Positions 29,951 through 44,464 of a stretch of DNA of 64,000 nt are shown here, piece by piece. The notes below the pieces were generated by a model that made no database searches, had not been told where the DNA came from, and was given only the letters and a program-made list of their open reading frames with translations. How positions within the stretch are numbered: the first letter of the stretch is position 1; every line of letters begins with the position of its first letter. The translations under genes and the position numbers were made by a program. The stretch comes from Alloprevotella sp. (GTDB lineage Bacteria > Bacteroidota > Bacteroidia > Bacteroidales > Bacteroidaceae): the NCBI GenBank assembly GCA_050873845.1, contig JBNMGC010000003.1:607-64606 (forward strand), written 5' to 3'.

Positions 29951-30931
29951 CTATTTCTCAAGTTTGAAGAGATCGTTGCCATAGGCCGAGATGAATGGAT
30001 AGAAAAATCCGCGAATGCGGCCCTTCAGCCCCCGAGGGTTGCCCGGATAGACGCGGTCGAAGTATCGACAGCAGATGCAGCAAAGCTCTAACACCGCGAA
30101 GGGACACCGACGCAGCATGAGCCGCGCTATGCGTGCAGGAACGGGCTGACGCTGGCGGTCTATGTGAGAGGCCAGGTAGGAATAGAAGTACTGATAATTG
30201 CCCTTGCGCTGCAAGTGGAGCCTGTGGAGAGGCCCCAAGAGGTAGGGCTGCCAAGTGGGGTGGGGCACAGCTTCGAAGAATCCCTTTCGGAAGATGTGTG
30301 TCGTGGCAGAAGCTTCATGGTGGCGGTGCCAGTTGAGAGCTTCGCTGACCTTCACCACACCACGTCCCATCTGTGCATGCATGACGATCCACCAATCGTA
30401 GTAGATCAAGTAGTTCCACTCCTTGATACCCCTCACAAGGTCGGCTCGTAGGAGCATGCTGTGGCCTGGGGTACAGTCGTAGAAGAGCATGTGCTCGAAG
30501 TCGGTGCGTGGCGCCACATAGTTGTGGAGTGGAAGGGTGTAGGTGGGGTCGGTATAGTAGTCCGAGAAACAGAGATCGGCATCACCGATAGTCTCCACTT
30601 GTCGGCGGATTTTCTGCGGAAACCATATATCGTCTTGGTCGCAGATGGCAAGGAAATCACCCGTGGCACGCAGCAGAGCCGTATGGAAGTTGCGATTAAA
30701 TCCTAACTGATGCTCGTTGCGAACGATGTGTATGAGCTCGGGGTGGGCTGCTTGGTAAGATTGGAGAATCTGCCAAGTGCCGTCCGTGGAACAGTCGTCC
30801 TGCACAAGAATCTCGTGCAAGGGGTAGTCCTGAGCCAACACGGAGTCGAGCTGCTCACGCAAATAGCGCTCGCCATTATAGGTACACATCACCACCGAAA
30901 CTCGGGGCGTGGGGGCTGTATTCTTGTTCAT
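29951..30931 (-). CDS. GT2 glycosyltransferase
   Basis: VSVVMCTYNGERYLREQLDSVLAQ, DDCSTD and CDQDDIW motifs. Confidence 0.9.
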   Translation of the reverse strand: MNKNTAPTPRVSVVMCTYNGERYLREQLDSVLAQDYPLHEILVQDDCSTDGTWQILQSYQAAHPELIHIVRNEHQLGFNRNFHTALLRATGDFLAICDQDDIWFPQKIRRQVETIGDADLCFSDYYTDPTYTLPLHNYVAPRTDFEHMLFYDCTPGHSMLLRADLVRGIKEWNYLIYYDWWIVMHAQMGRGVVKVSEALNWHRHHEASATTHIFRKGFFEAVPHPTWQPYLLGPLHRLHLQRKGNYQYFYSYLASHIDRQRQPVPARIARLMLRRCPFAVLELCCICCRYFDRVYPGNPRGLKGRIRGFFYPFISAYGNDLFKLEK

Positions 30932-31066
30932 AGAGAGCAAAGTTATGCATTTCTCCGTATTTATCCCACCGAAGAGGACACAATTTTAAAAATGAGCACA
31001 CTTAGGAGTGTCCGTTCCCGCAAAAAAACATTAACTTTACACCCCAAACAATACACCCATTCAACC

Positions 31067-32575
31067 ATGAAACAGATACGCCTTCTTCTAACCCTCTTGT
31101 TGCTCTCCGTGATCATGCCCATGAGTGTGGCGCAGAGTATACAGCCCAAGCGTGAATTTCGCGGAGCGTGGATACAGATGATCAACGGACAATTTGAGGG
31201 AATGAGTCGCGACCAAATGCAGGCTAACCTCACGCACCAACTCGACGTGCTGCACGAGTGTGGGGTCAATGCCATCATGTTCCAGGTGCGCGGCGAGGCT
31301 GATGCCATGTATGCCTCACCCTACGAGCCGTGGAGCCGATTCCTCACGGGCCGACAAGGCACAGCGCCCAATCCCTATTGGGACCCCTTGGCATGGATGG
31401 TCAGCGAATGTCATAAGCGCGGCATGGAACTCCATGCGTGGATTAACCCCTTCCGCGCCAAAACGAAGGGCACGAAGGAATTGTCAACAAATCATCCCTA
31501 CGTGAAGCACCCCGAGCGCTTCTTCGAGTACGATGGGCTCTATCTCTTCGACCCCGGACTCGATGAGAACCGCCGATACATCTGCCAGATAGCAGCCGAC
31601 ATTGCGCGCCGTTACGACGTAGACGGTATCCACATGGACGACTATTTCTATCCCTATCCCGTGGCGGGCATGTCAATACCCGATCAAGCCACTTACCTTA
31701 CCCACAAGAATGGCATAGACAATATAGATGATTGGCGCCGATACAACGTCAACCTATTCATCGAAATGATGCACGACTCCATCCGTGCCGCGAAGCCCTG
31801 GGTGAAGTTTGGCGTAAGCCCCTTCGGCATCTACCACAACGCACAACCGGGCTCTAACATACCAGGTTCGAAGACAAATGGGCTGCAAAACTACGACAAC
31901 CTCTATGCCGACGTGCTCTATTGGATCAACAAGGGATGGGTGGACTACAACATACCCCAACTCTACTGGGAAATAGGGCACAAAGCTGCCGACTATGAGG
32001 AACTTATCAAGTGGTGGAGCCGATTCGCAGGCGGACGTCCGCTCTTCATCGGACAGGACGTGGAGCGCACCGTGCGCGCTGCCGACCCGAAGAATCCACA
32101 GCGCAACCAGATGGCGGCCAAGTTTGCCCTTCAGCGCAACTTGCGAGGCATTCAGGGCTCCTGCCTATGGTATTCCGCCGCCGTGGTGCGCAACGAGGGC
32201 AACTTCGCCACGGCATTGCAAAAGAATTACAACCGCACACTGGCACTGCAACCGCTCTTCCCCTTCATCGACGATGAGGCTCCTGGAAAGCCTCGCAAGG
32301 TGAAGGCCATGTGGATGCCCAATGGTTACTACCTCTTCTGGGAAGCTCCAAAGGGGCAGAAAGAGATGGATAAGGCTCGCAACTACGTGATCTACCGATT
32401 CGAACAGGGCGAACGCATCGACTTGTTTAATCCCGAACACATCGTAGCTATTACACCGCAGACTTGCTACCGCCTGCCTTACGTGGACGGACGAAAGAAG
32501 GCGGTCTACGTGGTGACCGCGCTCGACAGACTTCAGAATGAGTCGAAGGCTGTGAAGAAAAAGGTGAAATTGTAA
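31067..32575 (+). CDS. GHL10 (DUF187/YddW-like) glycoside hydrolase with signal peptide
   Basis: REFRGAWI, FQVR, WDPL, ELHAWINPFR, DGIHMDDYFYPY and PQLYW motifs; start moved to MKQIRLL. Confidence 0.9.
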   Translation: MKQIRLLLTLLLLSVIMPMSVAQSIQPKREFRGAWIQMINGQFEGMSRDQMQANLTHQLDVLHECGVNAIMFQVRGEADAMYASPYEPWSRFLTGRQGTAPNPYWDPLAWMVSECHKRGMELHAWINPFRAKTKGTKELSTNHPYVKHPERFFEYDGLYLFDPGLDENRRYICQIAADIARRYDVDGIHMDDYFYPYPVAGMSIPDQATYLTHKNGIDNIDDWRRYNVNLFIEMMHDSIRAAKPWVKFGVSPFGIYHNAQPGSNIPGSKTNGLQNYDNLYADVLYWINKGWVDYNIPQLYWEIGHKAADYEELIKWWSRFAGGRPLFIGQDVERTVRAADPKNPQRNQMAAKFALQRNLRGIQGSCLWYSAAVVRNEGNFATALQKNYNRTLALQPLFPFIDDEAPGKPRKVKAMWMPNGYYLFWEAPKGQKEMDKARNYVIYRFEQGERIDLFNPEHIVAITPQTCYRLPYVDGRKKAVYVVTALDRLQNESKAVKKKVKL

Positions 32576-32620
32576 ATAGAATAAGACATCCACGCTAAAA
32601 ACTAAGATAGACTTACGCGT

Positions 32621-35047
32621 ATGAAAGTGTTGAAGTTTGGAGGAACCTCGGTGGGCACTGCCGCCGCGATTCGTAATGTAAAGCATATTGTTGAGAGCAC
32701 TCCAAAGCCCGCCGTAGTGGTGGTGTCGGCTCTGGGTGGCGTGACCGACCAGTTGCTTCGACTCACGCAGTTGGCAGCCAAGGGCGATACCGCCTACGTG
32801 CCCGAGTTTGACGCGCTGACCGAACGCCACCATCAGATGGTGGCAGATGTCATCGTGAGCGAACGGCAAGCACTGCTCATCTCGAAGCTTGACGCTCTGC
32901 TGGGCGAGTTGCGAAGCATCCTTCATGGCGTGTGTCTCATTCAAGACCTTACGCCCAAGACAGCCGATGCCATCGTGGCGTACGGCGAAAGACTCTCTTC
33001 GCTCATCGTGGCAAGTCTCATCGATGGGGCACAGCACATAGATTCGCGTCAACTGATCAAGACAGAACATCGCAACGGCAAGCATCTGGTAGACTTCGAA
33101 CAGACCAATCGACTCGTGGCTGAGGCTTTTTCAGAATGTCCTCCAATCGTGGTGATGGGAGGCTTCATTGCTTCCGATCGCACCACGGGGGTGACAACCA
33201 ATCTCGGACGAGGCGGATCGGACTATACCGCAGCCATCGTGGCAGCAGCCTTGCAAGCCGAAGCACTCGAGATATGGACCGACGTGGATGGATTCATGAC
33301 CGCCGACCCACGCATCATTCCGGGGGCTTTCACCATTGACGAACTGTCGTATGCTGAGGCTATGGAACTTTGCAACTTCGGCGCAAAGGTGATTTATCCA
33401 CCAACGATCTACCCCGTTTGCCAAAAGAATATTCCCATCTACGTGAAGAACACGTTCCGCCCCGAAGCTCGTGGCAGCGTGATTCGCAAGGATGCGGCTC
33501 CGAGCGGACGCCCTATCCGCGGTATCTCATCGGTGAAAGAGACAAGCACCGTGACCGTGAGCGGACCCGCCATGGTGGGTGTGATCGGTGTGAACCGACG
33601 CATATTCACCACGCTGGCAGCGGGCGGCATTAGCGTGTTCATGGTGGCTCAAAATTCCTCAGAGACGAGTACCTCGCTCTGCATGATACCCGCCGATGCT
33701 AAGCGGGCATGTACGCTGCTCGACAAGGAATTTGCCACCGAAATAGCCGATGGGGCAATGAATCCTGCCCAACTGGTGGAGGGCCTCTCGAGCGTGGCTG
33801 TCGTGGGCGAACGCATGCGCCACATGGTGGGCATCGCAGGTCAGCTCTTCAGCGTGTTGGGCCGCAATGGTATCAGCATCAACGCCACGGCGATGGGCGG
33901 ACAGGAGATGAACCTCTCTTTCGTAGTAGATCGCTCGCAGCTGCGCAAGACGATCAATGTGCTTCACGATAGTTTTTTTCTGAGTGAACATGAAGACCTC
34001 AACCTCTTCATCTGCGGCACGGGCACCGTGGGACATAGCCTGCTCGAACAGATAGCTGCACAGCGCGATAAGCTCTATAAGGAGCGCGGACTGAAAATCA
34101 ATATCGTGGGCGTGAGCGGACGCAGCCACGCGGCTTACAATGTGGATGGAATCGACCCCGCTCATTACCGCGAAGCCATGGCCGCAGGGGGCGAGGGTGG
34201 TATGGAACGCATGCTGCGAGAGATTGAAGAGATGAATATCTTCAATTCCGTGTTTGTAGACTGTACCGCAAGCGAGGAGGTGGCTTCTCACTACGAGCGC
34301 CTTCTCCGACAAAACGTCAATATCGTAGCGGCCAATAAGATAGCGGCCTCTTCACCCTACGCCAACTACCGCCGATTGAAGGACTTAGCGCGAGAAAAGG
34401 GCGTGAAGTTCCTTTTCGAGACCAATGTAGGTGCCGGACTTCCCATCATCAGCACCATCAGCGATCTCCTTGGTTCGGGCGACCGGGTGCTGAAGATAGA
34501 GGCCGTGCTGAGCGGCACACTCAATTATGTGTTCAACACGCTCTCAGAATCCGTGCCTCTGAGCCGTGCCGTGCATCTAGCCCAAGAGAATGGCTACAGC
34601 GAACCCGATCCGCGCATTGACCTGTCGGGTAAAGATGTGATTCGCAAACTTGTGATTCTTGCTCGCGAAAGCGGCTACCGTGTCGACGTGGAGGATGTAG
34701 AGAGTCATCTTTTTATCCCTCAAGCCCTCTTCGACGGTACGATAGAAAACTTTTGGGAGCACCTTCCCGAACTCGATACGAAGTTTGAGGCAGAGCGTCA
34801 GCGCCTTGCCAAGGAGCACAAACGATGGCGCTTCGTGGCGGAATGGGCCGACGGAAAGGGTAGCGTAGGACTTCGCGAAATCTCTCAAGGCCATCCGCTC
34901 TACGATCTCGAAGGCTCCAACAATATCCTTCTGCTCACTACCGAGCGCTATCACGAGTACCCCATGCTCATTCAGGGTTATGGCGCTGGTGCCGAAGTGA
35001 CCGCTGCCGGTGTGTTTGCCGATATCATGCGTGTGGCGAATGTATAG
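32621..35047 (+). CDS. thrA: Bifunctional aspartokinase/homoserine dehydrogenase
   Basis: KFGGTSV, LGRGGSDYTA, WTDVDG, two ACT domains, GTGTVG, FETNVGAGLP and GYGAGAEVTAAGV motifs. Confidence 0.95.
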   Translation: MKVLKFGGTSVGTAAAIRNVKHIVESTPKPAVVVVSALGGVTDQLLRLTQLAAKGDTAYVPEFDALTERHHQMVADVIVSERQALLISKLDALLGELRSILHGVCLIQDLTPKTADAIVAYGERLSSLIVASLIDGAQHIDSRQLIKTEHRNGKHLVDFEQTNRLVAEAFSECPPIVVMGGFIASDRTTGVTTNLGRGGSDYTAAIVAAALQAEALEIWTDVDGFMTADPRIIPGAFTIDELSYAEAMELCNFGAKVIYPPTIYPVCQKNIPIYVKNTFRPEARGSVIRKDAAPSGRPIRGISSVKETSTVTVSGPAMVGVIGVNRRIFTTLAAGGISVFMVAQNSSETSTSLCMIPADAKRACTLLDKEFATEIADGAMNPAQLVEGLSSVAVVGERMRHMVGIAGQLFSVLGRNGISINATAMGGQEMNLSFVVDRSQLRKTINVLHDSFFLSEHEDLNLFICGTGTVGHSLLEQIAAQRDKLYKERGLKINIVGVSGRSHAAYNVDGIDPAHYREAMAAGGEGGMERMLREIEEMNIFNSVFVDCTASEEVASHYERLLRQNVNIVAANKIAASSPYANYRRLKDLAREKGVKFLFETNVGAGLPIISTISDLLGSGDRVLKIEAVLSGTLNYVFNTLSESVPLSRAVHLAQENGYSEPDPRIDLSGKDVIRKLVILARESGYRVDVEDVESHLFIPQALFDGTIENFWEHLPELDTKFEAERQRLAKEHKRWRFVAEWADGKGSVGLREISQGHPLYDLEGSNNILLLTTERYHEYPMLIQGYGAGAEVTAAGVFADIMRVANV

Positions 35048-35118
35048 TGTGCCCATGCTCCTTTTATATAAGTGTGCTCATGCTCCTTTAATATAAGTGT
35101 GCTCATGCTCCTTTAATA
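35046..35118. repeat. 25-bp tandem repeat, three copies
   Basis: AGTGTGCYCATGCTCCTTTWATATA starting at 35046, 35071 and 35096 (last copy truncated). Confidence 0.9.
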
Positions 35119-35133
35119 ATATATGAATAATCC

Positions 35134-35748
35134 ATGCAGCAACGCGACGAAGTAAGGCAACATGTGATCAGTGTTGCCACCAAGCTCTTTCATTCTCAAG
35201 GTATACGCAGTGTGACGATGGACGACATTGCGCACGAGCTTACCATGTCGAAACGCACGCTCTATCAGCTGTTTGCCGATAAGGAAGAGCTCCTCTTAGC
35301 TTGTCTTGAACATCACGACAGAGTGGAGCACGAACGACTAACGCTTATTAGTCAACGTGCAGAGAATGTATTAGAGTTTCTATTGCCTCTCTTCGTTACG
35401 AAGATGAAAGAGATGGATCAAATATGCTCCTCTTTCTTTGCTGACGTGATGAGATATCCTCGCGTAATGGCCTATTTCGAACAACATAAGCGTGACAATG
35501 AAGACGATGCGGTGAATTTTCTTAACCAGGGGAAAGAGCAAGGTCTATTCCGTGAGGAAATAAATTTCCGTATAGTAGTGAGGCAACTCTCTTCGGGCAT
35601 GGAAATGTTTCAGCGCAATAGCCTAGCTAAGGAATATTCCCAACGGGAACTTTTTGAGAATACCGTACTCGTCACTTTCCGTGGGTGTGCCACCCCTAAG
35701 GGAGTAAGCATGATCGATGAGTTCTTTAAGGAATATACGCTGAAGTAG
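35134..35748 (+). CDS. TetR/AcrR family regulator
   Basis: LFHSQGIRSVTMDDIAHELTMSKRTLYQLFADKEELL helix-turn-helix. Confidence 0.92.
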   Translation: MQQRDEVRQHVISVATKLFHSQGIRSVTMDDIAHELTMSKRTLYQLFADKEELLLACLEHHDRVEHERLTLISQRAENVLEFLLPLFVTKMKEMDQICSSFFADVMRYPRVMAYFEQHKRDNEDDAVNFLNQGKEQGLFREEINFRIVVRQLSSGMEMFQRNSLAKEYSQRELFENTVLVTFRGCATPKGVSMIDEFFKEYTLK

Positions 35749-35851
35749 CTCTTTAGAAAAAGAAAATTTATGGCCTAAAAAACGAAAGAGAGTGTCCTAA
35801 ATAATAGGGCTTCTCTCAAAAAATCGTCGCATCAATCTCTGAATACAATAA

Positions 35852-39879
<4,028 letters not shown>

Positions 39880-39880
<1 letters not shown>

Positions 39881-40053
39881 CCCTTTGGCGGAATTTCAGG
39901 TTAACGGGGTAACAAGTTGACAGGTTAACAAGTAAGTATGCTATACACCACTTATTATGTTAAAGTCAGAATGACAGAAAGCTTAAAGGGCTTTGCAAAC
40001 TTACCTGTTAACCCGTTAACTTGTCAACTTGTTTACTAATTCCACCAACGCGT
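39880..40053 (+). mobile_element. MITE copy 3, overlapping the last base of the GH2 stop codon
   Basis: ACCCTTTGGCGGAATT ... AATTCCACCAACGCGT; interior nearly identical to the reverse complement of 24862-25035. Confidence 0.8.
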
Positions 40054-40072
40054 ATTCTTTTTTAAGAAAAAA

Positions 40073-40360
40073 ATGTATCAGAAGTTTATTATCACCCAGG
40101 AGGGAGTGCTCCGTTTCGGGCACGTCTACCTTCATCGCGATCTTCTTCGTTCGGGCGAGACGTGTCCCAATGGCGGTGGCCTTTGGGCCATCGATGAGAG
40201 CAGACACGCGCTGTTACTCTACGGCCGCTCGTTCGACTTCGGCAAGCCCGATTTCGGTGCCCTTCGGAGCGTGGAATGGAGTGGGGTAGGAGGCCATCCT
40301 CTCGAGCTCATCTATCAGCCCCACTGGCCCAATGATGAGGTGGAGATACGGGTGTGGTAG
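40073..40360 (+). CDS. Hypothetical 95-aa protein with Janus/Ocnus (PHPT1)-like motifs
   Basis: AT-rich upstream region; ordered motifs KFII, HRDL, GGG, YGRSFDFG. Confidence 0.65.
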   Translation: MYQKFIITQEGVLRFGHVYLHRDLLRSGETCPNGGGLWAIDESRHALLLYGRSFDFGKPDFGALRSVEWSGVGGHPLELIYQPHWPNDEVEIRVW

Positions 40361-40449
40361 TGGGTGCGGAACCGCACCCAGTTGAAAAGTTTAATAGTTT
40401 AGAAGTTAAGAGTAAACTTTTCAACCATAAACTTATAAACTAAGAAGAT

Positions 40450-40683
40450 ATGACTCACGGACATGAAGTACTCCACATGATGGAGGGAAACGCTTACGCC
40501 AGTAAGCAAGAACTCATAGATGCCATCCAAGCCCGCTTTGGCAAGGATGAGCGATTCTATACCTGCTCTGCTACCGACATGACGGCTGCCGAACTCGTAG
40601 ATTTCCTTTCGGAAAAAGGCAAGTTTATGCCAGCGCAGACTGATAGCTTCACGGTGGATGCAAGTAAGATCTGCAATCACTAA
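40450..40683 (+). CDS. YecH (DUF2492) family putative metal-binding protein
   Basis: HGHEVLHMM, FG..RFYTCSA, FL.EKGKF motifs and C-terminal ICNH. Confidence 0.88.
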   Translation: MTHGHEVLHMMEGNAYASKQELIDAIQARFGKDERFYTCSATDMTAAELVDFLSEKGKFMPAQTDSFTVDASKICNH

Positions 40684-40730
40684 GTTGAGGCTCTATTGAC
40701 AATCCTTAAGCATAGTAAGTACTCTAAACG

Positions 40731-40774
40731 AAAAGGCGCCGCCCGCGATATGATCATCGCGGGCGGCGCTTATT
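40731..40774. terminator. Bidirectional terminator between the YecH-like gene and alaS
   Basis: AAAAGGCGCCGCCCGCGAT-loop-ATCGCGGGCGGCGCTTATT. Confidence 0.8.
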
Positions 40775-40806
40775 CGTTAGTATATCAGAGTCTTTTGTCA
40801 GACGCC

Positions 40807-43434
40807 TTATGAAAGTGCCAATTCTACCACCTTCTTCACAGCCTCTTCGAGTCCGGCTGCGTCCTTACCACCTGCTGTAGCGAAGTGGGGAGCACCGCCG
40901 CCACCGCCCTTGATGAGCTTAGCAGCTTCGCGCACGAGCTGACCAGCATTGAGCTTACGGCTCTCTACGAGGTTCTTGCTAATCATCACGGTGAGCAAGG
41001 GCTTGCCCTCGTGTGTAGAACCGAGTACGCACAGCGTATCGTTGGGCAATGTATTTGCAATCTGGAAGGCAAGGTCCTTCACGGCATTGGGCTCGATGGC
41101 GGTGGGGATCACACACTTCACGAGTTTCACGCCATCCACCTCTTCGGCATTCTTCACGAGGCGGTCGCGTGTCTCGGCGAGTTTCTCCTTCACGTAGCCT
41201 TCTACCTGCTTCTTCAAGCCATCGTTCTCCTCGATCGTCTTCTTGATCACGGCGGTGAGGTCCTTAGCATTGTTGAAGAACGATTTCAAGCCCGTGAGCA
41301 TATCCTGCATGCCGTATACGCTCTCTTCGGCAGCCTCGCCTGTGATGGCCTCGATACGGCGCACACCGGCTGCTACGCTGCTCTCGCTAATGATGCGGAG
41401 CAGACCGATACGACCTGTGCTCTTGGCGTGGCAACCACCGCAGAACTCTACGCTCTTGCCAAACTGCACTACGCGCACCTTGTCGCCATACTTCTCGCCG
41501 AAGAGGGCGATAGCACCGAGCTTCTTGGCCTCGTCCATAGGCACGTCGCGATGGTCCTGCAAGGGGATGTCTTCGCGGATGCGGCGGTTGACGATGCGTT
41601 CCACCTGGCGCAGCTCCTCGGGAGTGACCTTCTGGAAGTGAGAGAAGTCGAAGCGGAGATAGTCTGGAGTGACGAGCGACCCCTTCTGCTCCACGTGGCT
41701 ACCGAGCACTTCGCGCAGAGCTTGGTCGAGCAAGTGAGTGGCTGTATGGTTGGCTTCGCTGCCGCGGCGGAACTTGATGTTCACCTCAGCGTGGAAGGTA
41801 GCTTCGGGGTGAGTGGGGAGCTTCTTGGTGAGGTGGATAGGCAGATTGTTCTCGCGCTTTGTGTCGAAGATCTCAATCTTCTCGTCGCCATCGACGAGCA
41901 CGCCCTGATCGCCTACCTGACCACCCATTTCAGCATAGAAGGGAGTCTGGTCGAGCACGAGCTCGAAGTAAGTCTGCTTCTTCTGCTGCACGCGGCGGTA
42001 GCGCAGAATGTGGCAGTCACACTCGGTGAGGTCCCATCCGAGGAATTGCGTTTCGCCCTCGCGGAGTATCACCCAGTCGTCGGTCTCCACAGCAGCAGCG
42101 TTGCGTGCGCGCTCCTTCTGCTTCTGCATCTCGGTGTTGAATCCCTCTTCGTCCACTTCGAGACCATTCTCGTGGCAGATCAGCTCGGTAAGGTCGAGCG
42201 GGAAACCATAAGTGTCGAACAGCGTGAAGGCCTTCTCACCATCTACGGTGGTCTTGCCCTCCTGCTTCGTCTGGCTGATTACGCCTTCGAGCATGTTGAT
42301 ACCCGTAGAGAGCGTGCGGAGGAAACTCTCCTCCTCTTCCTGCATCACGCGGCCGATGAGCACCTGCTGCGCCTTGAGTTCGGGATAAGCTTCGCCCATT
42401 TCTTTTACCAATGTCGGCACGAGGCGACAGAGGAAGGCTTCGCGCTGGCCGAGGAAGGTATAAGCATAGCGCACGGCACGACGCAAGATGCGGCGAATCA
42501 CGTAGCCCGCCTTAGCGTTTGAGGGCAACTGACCATCGGCAATAGAGAAGGCAATGGCACGCAAGTGGTCGGCAATCACGCGCATGGCCACGTCAATCTT
42601 CTCGTCCTTGCCATATTCGAAGCCTGAGAGCTCACCAATCTTCTTGATGATGGGCTGGAATATGTCGGTATCGTAGTTAGAGTTCTTGCCCTGGATGGCA
42701 CGTACAAGGCGTTCGAAGCCCATACCCGTATCGATCACGTTCATGCCCAGTGGCACGAGCGAACCATTGGCCTTGCGCTCAAACTGCATGAACACGATGT
42801 TCCAGATTTCAATCACCTGGGGGTCGTCCTTGTTGACCAATTCGCGTCCGGGCACTTTCGCCTTCTCCTCGGGTGTACGGCTGTCGAGGTGAATTTCGGA
42901 ACAAGGTCCGCAGGGACCCGTGTCGCCCATTTCCCAGAAGTTGTCGTGCTTATTGCCGTTGATAATGTGGTCGGCGGGCACGTGCTTAGCCCAATATGAG
43001 GCAGCTTCGTCGTCGCGCTTGAGGCCTTCCTCTTCCGAGCCCTCGAATACGGTTACGTAGAGGTCTTTAGGGTCGAGGTGGAGCACATCGACGAGGTACT
43101 CCCAAGCATAGTCTATGGCGCCCTCTTTGAAGTAGTCGCCAAAGCTCCAGTTGCCGAGCATCTCGAACATGGTGTGGTGGTAAGTATCGTGGCCCACCTC
43201 TTCCAAGTCGTTGTGCTTACCGCTCACGCGGAGGCACTTTTGAGAGTCGGCGCGGCGGCGCGGTTCTGGGTCGCGTTGTCCCAGGATGATGTCCTTCCAC
43301 TGGTTCATACCGGCATTGGTGAACATCAGCGTAGGATCGTCTTTGATCACCATTGGTGCGGAAGGCACGATGGTGTGTCCCTTCGACTCAAAGAATTTTT
43401 TGTATGAGTCGCGGATTTCGTTAGCTGTCATCAT
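40807..43434 (-). CDS. alaS: Alanine--tRNA ligase
   Basis: [39 protein letters not shown], editing motifs HTATH and CGGCH, C-terminal GGGGG. Confidence 0.98.
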   Translation of the reverse strand: MMTANEIRDSYKKFFESKGHTIVPSAPMVIKDDPTLMFTNAGMNQWKDIILGQRDPEPRRRADSQKCLRVSGKHNDLEEVGHDTYHHTMFEMLGNWSFGDYFKEGAIDYAWEYLVDVLHLDPKDLYVTVFEGSEEEGLKRDDEAASYWAKHVPADHIINGNKHDNFWEMGDTGPCGPCSEIHLDSRTPEEKAKVPGRELVNKDDPQVIEIWNIVFMQFERKANGSLVPLGMNVIDTGMGFERLVRAIQGKNSNYDTDIFQPIIKKIGELSGFEYGKDEKIDVAMRVIADHLRAIAFSIADGQLPSNAKAGYVIRRILRRAVRYAYTFLGQREAFLCRLVPTLVKEMGEAYPELKAQQVLIGRVMQEEEESFLRTLSTGINMLEGVISQTKQEGKTTVDGEKAFTLFDTYGFPLDLTELICHENGLEVDEEGFNTEMQKQKERARNAAAVETDDWVILREGETQFLGWDLTECDCHILRYRRVQQKKQTYFELVLDQTPFYAEMGGQVGDQGVLVDGDEKIEIFDTKRENNLPIHLTKKLPTHPEATFHAEVNIKFRRGSEANHTATHLLDQALREVLGSHVEQKGSLVTPDYLRFDFSHFQKVTPEELRQVERIVNRRIREDIPLQDHRDVPMDEAKKLGAIALFGEKYGDKVRVVQFGKSVEFCGGCHAKSTGRIGLLRIISESSVAAGVRRIEAITGEAAEESVYGMQDMLTGLKSFFNNAKDLTAVIKKTIEENDGLKKQVEGYVKEKLAETRDRLVKNAEEVDGVKLVKCVIPTAIEPNAVKDLAFQIANTLPNDTLCVLGSTHEGKPLLTVMISKNLVESRKLNAGQLVREAAKLIKGGGGGAPHFATAGGKDAAGLEEAVKKVVELALS

Positions 43435-43466
43435 ATTGTGAGTATGTTGTTTTATTAAATCTTGTG

Positions 43467-43585
43467 CAAAGATAGTGCAAAGTGCGAGAGCAGAACATCA
43501 AGTTTACTTGAATGTTATGCCGAGCCGCAGCTTATCTTCTGCAAAGATAATGCAAAGTGAGGGCAAAGCAAAGCATGTTTGCTTG
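43467..43585 (-). repeat. 75-bp promoter-carrying unit upstream of alaS, plus a degenerate partial copy
   Basis: Reverse complement GATAAGCTGCGGCTCGGCATAACATTCAAGTAAACTTGATGTTCTGCTCTCGCACTTTGCACTATCTTTG matches the 7429 unit; CAAAGATA at 43467 and 43542. Confidence 0.85.
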
Positions 43586-43718
43586 TTTTTGGAGCTATGC
43601 TTTGCATAAGTAGGGAAAAATCTTGATACTGCGGCAAGAATGCAATGGCTCATGAGGCGTAGATAGGTCAATATGCACTGTTTCATACGGCAAAGTTGAG
43701 ATGAAAAATCGGGCGGGG

Positions 43719-44012
43719 CAAAAAGAGTGAACAAATTGTACACTTTTTCTTCACTCCAATCTTCTACCTCGCGTGTGCGCATGCTCGCACGCATTACAGC
43801 CGATTTCTTTCTGGATTACTTACACTGCTGCCTGCTTCCTGATTTCGTGATGCTGAAAATCAGTGCATTCCGTTCTGAGGGCTCCCGCAGTTTACTTGCA
43901 CTTTTGCCGTCACTTCCCTTGCACTGCTTTTACCCCCTCCTTTCCGTGAAATTTTTCTCATGGAGACGTGAAAATTATCCCATGGAAGCGTGAAAATTAT
44001 CCCACGGAAGCG
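43719..44012. repeat. Large foldback element (copy 3, left half and core only)
   Basis: AAAAAGAGTGAACAAATTGTACACTTTTT; CGCG-rich tract; TTGCACTTTTGCCGTCAC; GTGAAA at 43946, 43968, 43990. Confidence 0.7.
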
Positions 44013-44090
44013 TCGGAGGGTCAAAATAGGATTTCCTGTGTCTGCAGCGAGGGCGACACTTCCCCGCTGCACGAGTATTTTATCAGTCCT

Positions 44091-44343
44091 GTGGGCGACG
44101 CGTCCCGCGTCGGCTTCGCTAATTCTTCAGAAGTGAACTTATAGGCAGTGGGGGCGAAGCGTCTCGCTTCGGCACGTCGGCAAGGGCTCGAAGCCCGCGT
44201 CGGCGTAAGGGATTATTCTAGTAGTTTTGACGCGCTTCGGCATTTAGCCTCGCACCTCAAGCCGAAGCGAGACGCTTCGCCCCCACTTCCTATTAGCAGA
44301 CTTCTGAATAACTTGCGAAGCCGACGCGTCCCGCGTCGCCCAC
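44091..44343. repeat. Nested REP foldback A-B-B'-A'
   Basis: A arm 44091, B arm 44148, B' arm 44261, variant A' arm 44320. Confidence 0.9.
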
Positions 44344-44432
44344 AGAAATGGCTGATCACTTCTCATTTTGTCACTTGCTGATAGCATTTTTTAGGGGAAA
44401 GTAATGCGTTAACATATTTTACCCCCCCCCAA

Positions 44433-44464
44433 TTTGGGCTGTTAAGTATTTGTGTGTACATTTG
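44433..44464 (+). promoter_or_regulatory. Bacteroidota promoter TTTG-N20-TACATTTG preceded by a C9 tract
   Basis: TTTG at 44433-44436, TACATTTG at 44457-44464, poly-C at 44422-44430. Confidence 0.7.

Noticed and set aside
30710-31066. N-terminal 119 aa of the 621-aa GHL10 ORF
   Set aside because: It overlaps the divergent GT2 gene; the signal peptide begins at the ATG at 31067.
40885-42522. 545-aa ORF antisense to alaS (and similar long antisense ORFs over secY, recJ, the GH2 gene and maeB)
   Set aside because: Shadow frames expected from biased codon usage of the sense gene; no recognisable motifs.
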